NCBI GenBank assembly: GCA_032718475.1
Contig: JAUCBJ010000533.1
Coordinates: forward strand, 62,001-126,000
Source of the DNA: Nemertoderma westbladi
Taxonomy: Eukaryota > Animalia > Xenacoelomorpha
DNA length: 64,000 nucleotides
Direction: 5' to 3'
Shown here: positions 61,533 to 64,000 of the stretch, in pieces
Layout: the number at the start of each line of letters is the position of its first letter
Numbering within the stretch: position 1 is the first letter of the stretch
Program-made: the position numbers and the translations under genes
Notes under the pieces: generated by a model
Told to the model about the DNA's origin: nothing
The model's database searches: none
What the model saw: only the letters and a program-made list of their open reading frames with translations

Positions 61533-63275
61533 TCAAATATCATTTAACGCCTCAAAATAAGACCCAACGAAATCGTAAAACATTGTTGGCTCGCCACTTA
61601 AGCAGTTGGAATTAACATGTTTAACAAACTTAGTCGTTCCCTTTTCCCTATAAACTAAAGCCAAGTTGTTCCCTACCGGTTCCACAGTTAGTAGTTCCTC
61701 ATTGTCCGCGACGTAGTTAGTTGCACCGCCGCATATAGCGTCCCAAACACCGTCTACAAAGTAAAGAGCGATATCCAGAGAATCTCGGGAGAATTCGTGT
61801 GAATCTTCGTGAACTAGAGTGTAATCCCCGTGTGAGAACCGACGCAATGAGACACCGCACGCTGGGGTACCATTGGTGGATTCAGTACCTGTGTTACTAT
61901 TGGATGACCCACACACTGTGTTCCTATTGACAGATTGAACTCCCGCATTCCTAATGGCTGACCCAGATACAGTGCTCCCATTGGTTGATTCAATTCCCGT
62001 GTTCGTATTGATTGGCAGCTCTTCACTATCAGAGGACTGAATATCCCCCACATCACTCTCACTACCTTCACTAGTAGCCGCTAACTCGTGAAGCTTCAAT
62101 CCGGTGCAGTTTGAGAGAAAAACAAAGAATTGTTCGCTTCGAAACAGCCGCAGACATTTGCTAATCGCCATCGACTCACGTAAAGAGGATTCTAGGGCAC
62201 GATGGTAATGGAATCTATTGGGAACAGCTAATGATTCCCAGGAAATGGAGCTTAATTCCTCCAAAAGAGACGCGTAAACTCTGGGAAGGAAGAAATCTGT
62301 TAACTTAATCTGGCTTTCATCGCCAAACGTCTCTCGAATATCAGTCTGACAGGTGAGGTTTAAATATTTCGGATTAATAAACGAATTCAATTCAATTTCG
62401 TAGGAGATATGCCGAGTTAGGGGGAGCGGAGGCTGAATGTTGCGGTTATCCGTATAATCTCCGTGATACCAACCCGACACGGAGAGTCGAGATCCCCTGG
62501 AATCAGAGAGGATCTCCGATACCTGATGGAAGGAAATCGGACTCACTTTAAATAAGATTATTCGATTGCGTACAGGTGCGAGCCTTGCGACAATGTCGTC
62601 AGGTCTTCCTAAGGAGTCCACGGAGAATAGATCCAAAGTACCTCCGTTGTCTTCAGGTTTCCAGTCCGCGGATACCAGGTAGAAAGTAAACGCGATTCTT
62701 CGGTCGTCTAACATATCGTCGTGGCAGAGTAGGGTGTCTGTCCGTGAGTATCGAGAGCAGGATATGCTTATCGTGTCGTTCAGAACTATACCGCTCGCTT
62801 TGGCGACCCAATTCCTGAATCGCGAGTATAATTCCGTGCGAAACCGGTCTAAGGTCCGTCCTACAGGGCAACGACTTAAATCCTGCGATTGAGAAAATTG
62901 AAACAGGTCGTTGGATTTCTTATGAAACTCTAAGGATTTTACTTCCGTTTCGAGTTGTTCCAACACCGAGGCCTTGAGAAAATTGTCTACGATGACATAC
63001 GGAAAGGGGTAACCATTGGAAAGAACTTTGAGAGTCCCAAAATTCCTAGTTTCGTGGGACTTTTCGCTTTCTGCTTTGGTCGCGAAGCGAAACAAGTTAC
63101 TCCTTCCGTTGTTAAGGAGAGACTCATCACTACTCTCTGCGACAAACAGTTCGTCGTTTATAACGTTACTTCCGAAACCTTCTCGAAATTCCGGCTTAGA
63201 TTTCTTTGGGTTCACGAATTCCGTATCAGGTGAACAATTGGTAATGCGCTTAACTGAATGGGAAGTAACATCCAT
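61533..63275 (-). CDS. OGFOD1: prolyl 3-hydroxylase OGFOD1/Tpa1 (RPS23 hydroxylase), single-exon CDS
   Basis: LLCHDD (HxD), RRIAFTFYLV, GGTLDLF, SFHQVSEIL and RLSVSGWYHG, plus a C-terminal domain with LRRFSHGDYTL, EELLTVEP..N.LALVYR and FVKHVN. AATAAA on the minus strand at 61506-61501. Confidence 0.93.
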   Translation of the reverse strand: MDVTSHSVKRITNCSPDTEFVNPKKSKPEFREGFGSNVINDELFVAESSDESLLNNGRSNLFRFATKAESEKSHETRNFGTLKVLSNGYPFPYVIVDNFLKASVLEQLETEVKSLEFHKKSNDLFQFSQSQDLSRCPVGRTLDRFRTELYSRFRNWVAKASGIVLNDTISISCSRYSRTDTLLCHDDMLDDRRIAFTFYLVSADWKPEDNGGTLDLFSVDSLGRPDDIVARLAPVRNRIILFKVSPISFHQVSEILSDSRGSRLSVSGWYHGDYTDNRNIQPPLPLTRHISYEIELNSFINPKYLNLTCQTDIRETFGDESQIKLTDFFLPRVYASLLEELSSISWESLAVPNRFHYHRALESSLRESMAISKCLRLFRSEQFFVFLSNCTGLKLHELAATSEGSESDVGDIQSSDSEELPINTNTGIESTNGSTVSGSAIRNAGVQSVNRNTVCGSSNSNTGTESTNGTPACGVSLRRFSHGDYTLVHEDSHEFSRDSLDIALYFVDGVWDAICGGATNYVADNEELLTVEPVGNNLALVYREKGTTKFVKHVNSNCLSGEPTMFYDFVGSYFEALNDI

Positions 63276-63582
63276 GTCTGACTATTGTTGAATACTGGCT
63301 AGTCAACTGGTCAATAAAATTAATAAAGTTTAATTTTCTACTGAACACAGGAACATGATGGGGCAATCTGATTTTCCACTAAGTTAGGCCTAGTTTAGTG
63401 TTTAGGGCCTATTTTATAATTGTGAAATACATTGGGTGAGATCTTTCGTGCTGTATTGCTGTATTATGCAATTTATAATTTTTACTATGAATGAATATCA
63501 TTTTAAATTATTAGATACATGAAATATAGGCCTAGTTGAAAAAAAGTTGTCCCGGTAGTAGGCGGTAGTAGTAATTACAGAA

Positions 63583-63662
63583 TTAAGTTGTAGGCCTAGT
63601 TGTGATTGTGACAGTGTCTTTAAACATTTCAATGTAATTGCAAGGCACCCACCCACTGCTGC
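63583..63662 (-). CDS. possible terminal exon ending an SH3 domain
   Basis: ttctgcag| acceptor, then (G)SSGWVPCNYIEMFK...stop. GWVPxNYI is the SH3 C-terminal signature. Upstream exons were not identified. Confidence 0.4.
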
Positions 63663-64000
63663 CTGCAGAAGCTCGAAACGTATTACGTATTATATAAGAA
63701 CGCGTCAGCCCGTAATTAACAAGCAGAACTGGGATTGGCGCAAGTTTGTAGTGCTGCTTCAGTGCTTCCCAGTGGCTAGTTAATGTAGACTCATCATTCT
63801 TCGTTACACTGCCCTTTCCTTCCATATTTGGAACTCCACTCTTATTGTCTTTTCCCGGCATGGCCCCTTGAGAAAGTCTTCCTTTGTCTGGCGAGACCTA
63901 CCGTTCAGCTGACTGCATTCAACCGTCTAGTCCATTGTATTGGATGCGTCTACTGCTGTACAAACGAATAACTACAGTATAACATAATAGTGAGAAATAA

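Overview
Repeat-rich eukaryotic, probably invertebrate, genomic DNA. Bases 1-21833 are a 39-bp satellite that appears to lie in an intron of a minus-strand BIRC6/Bruce gene; two spliced exons were found at 24570-24395 and 23874-23661. On the transcribed strand every satellite unit reads as a 3' splice acceptor. Bases 25882-39310 are a young BEL/Pao LTR retrotransposon with a CGCTG target duplication and a stop-interrupted gag-pol. It carries an intact extra 866-aa ORF in the env position that looks like a DEDDy 3'-5' exonuclease with CCHC zinc knuckles. Its LTR holds an array of covarying RNA hairpins (K-turn/UUCG type and loop-E/GAAA type), one of which recurs inside the extra ORF. The rest of the window has LINE fragments, a foldback element with a 9-bp TSD, a Harbinger-like MITE, minisatellites and a Helitron-like element with about 17 CTCF-like motifs. 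It also has a hydantoinase/oxoprolinase-DUF917 exon, an intronless OGFOD1 and a possible SH3 terminal exon. All homology calls come from motif recognition by eye, not from searches.
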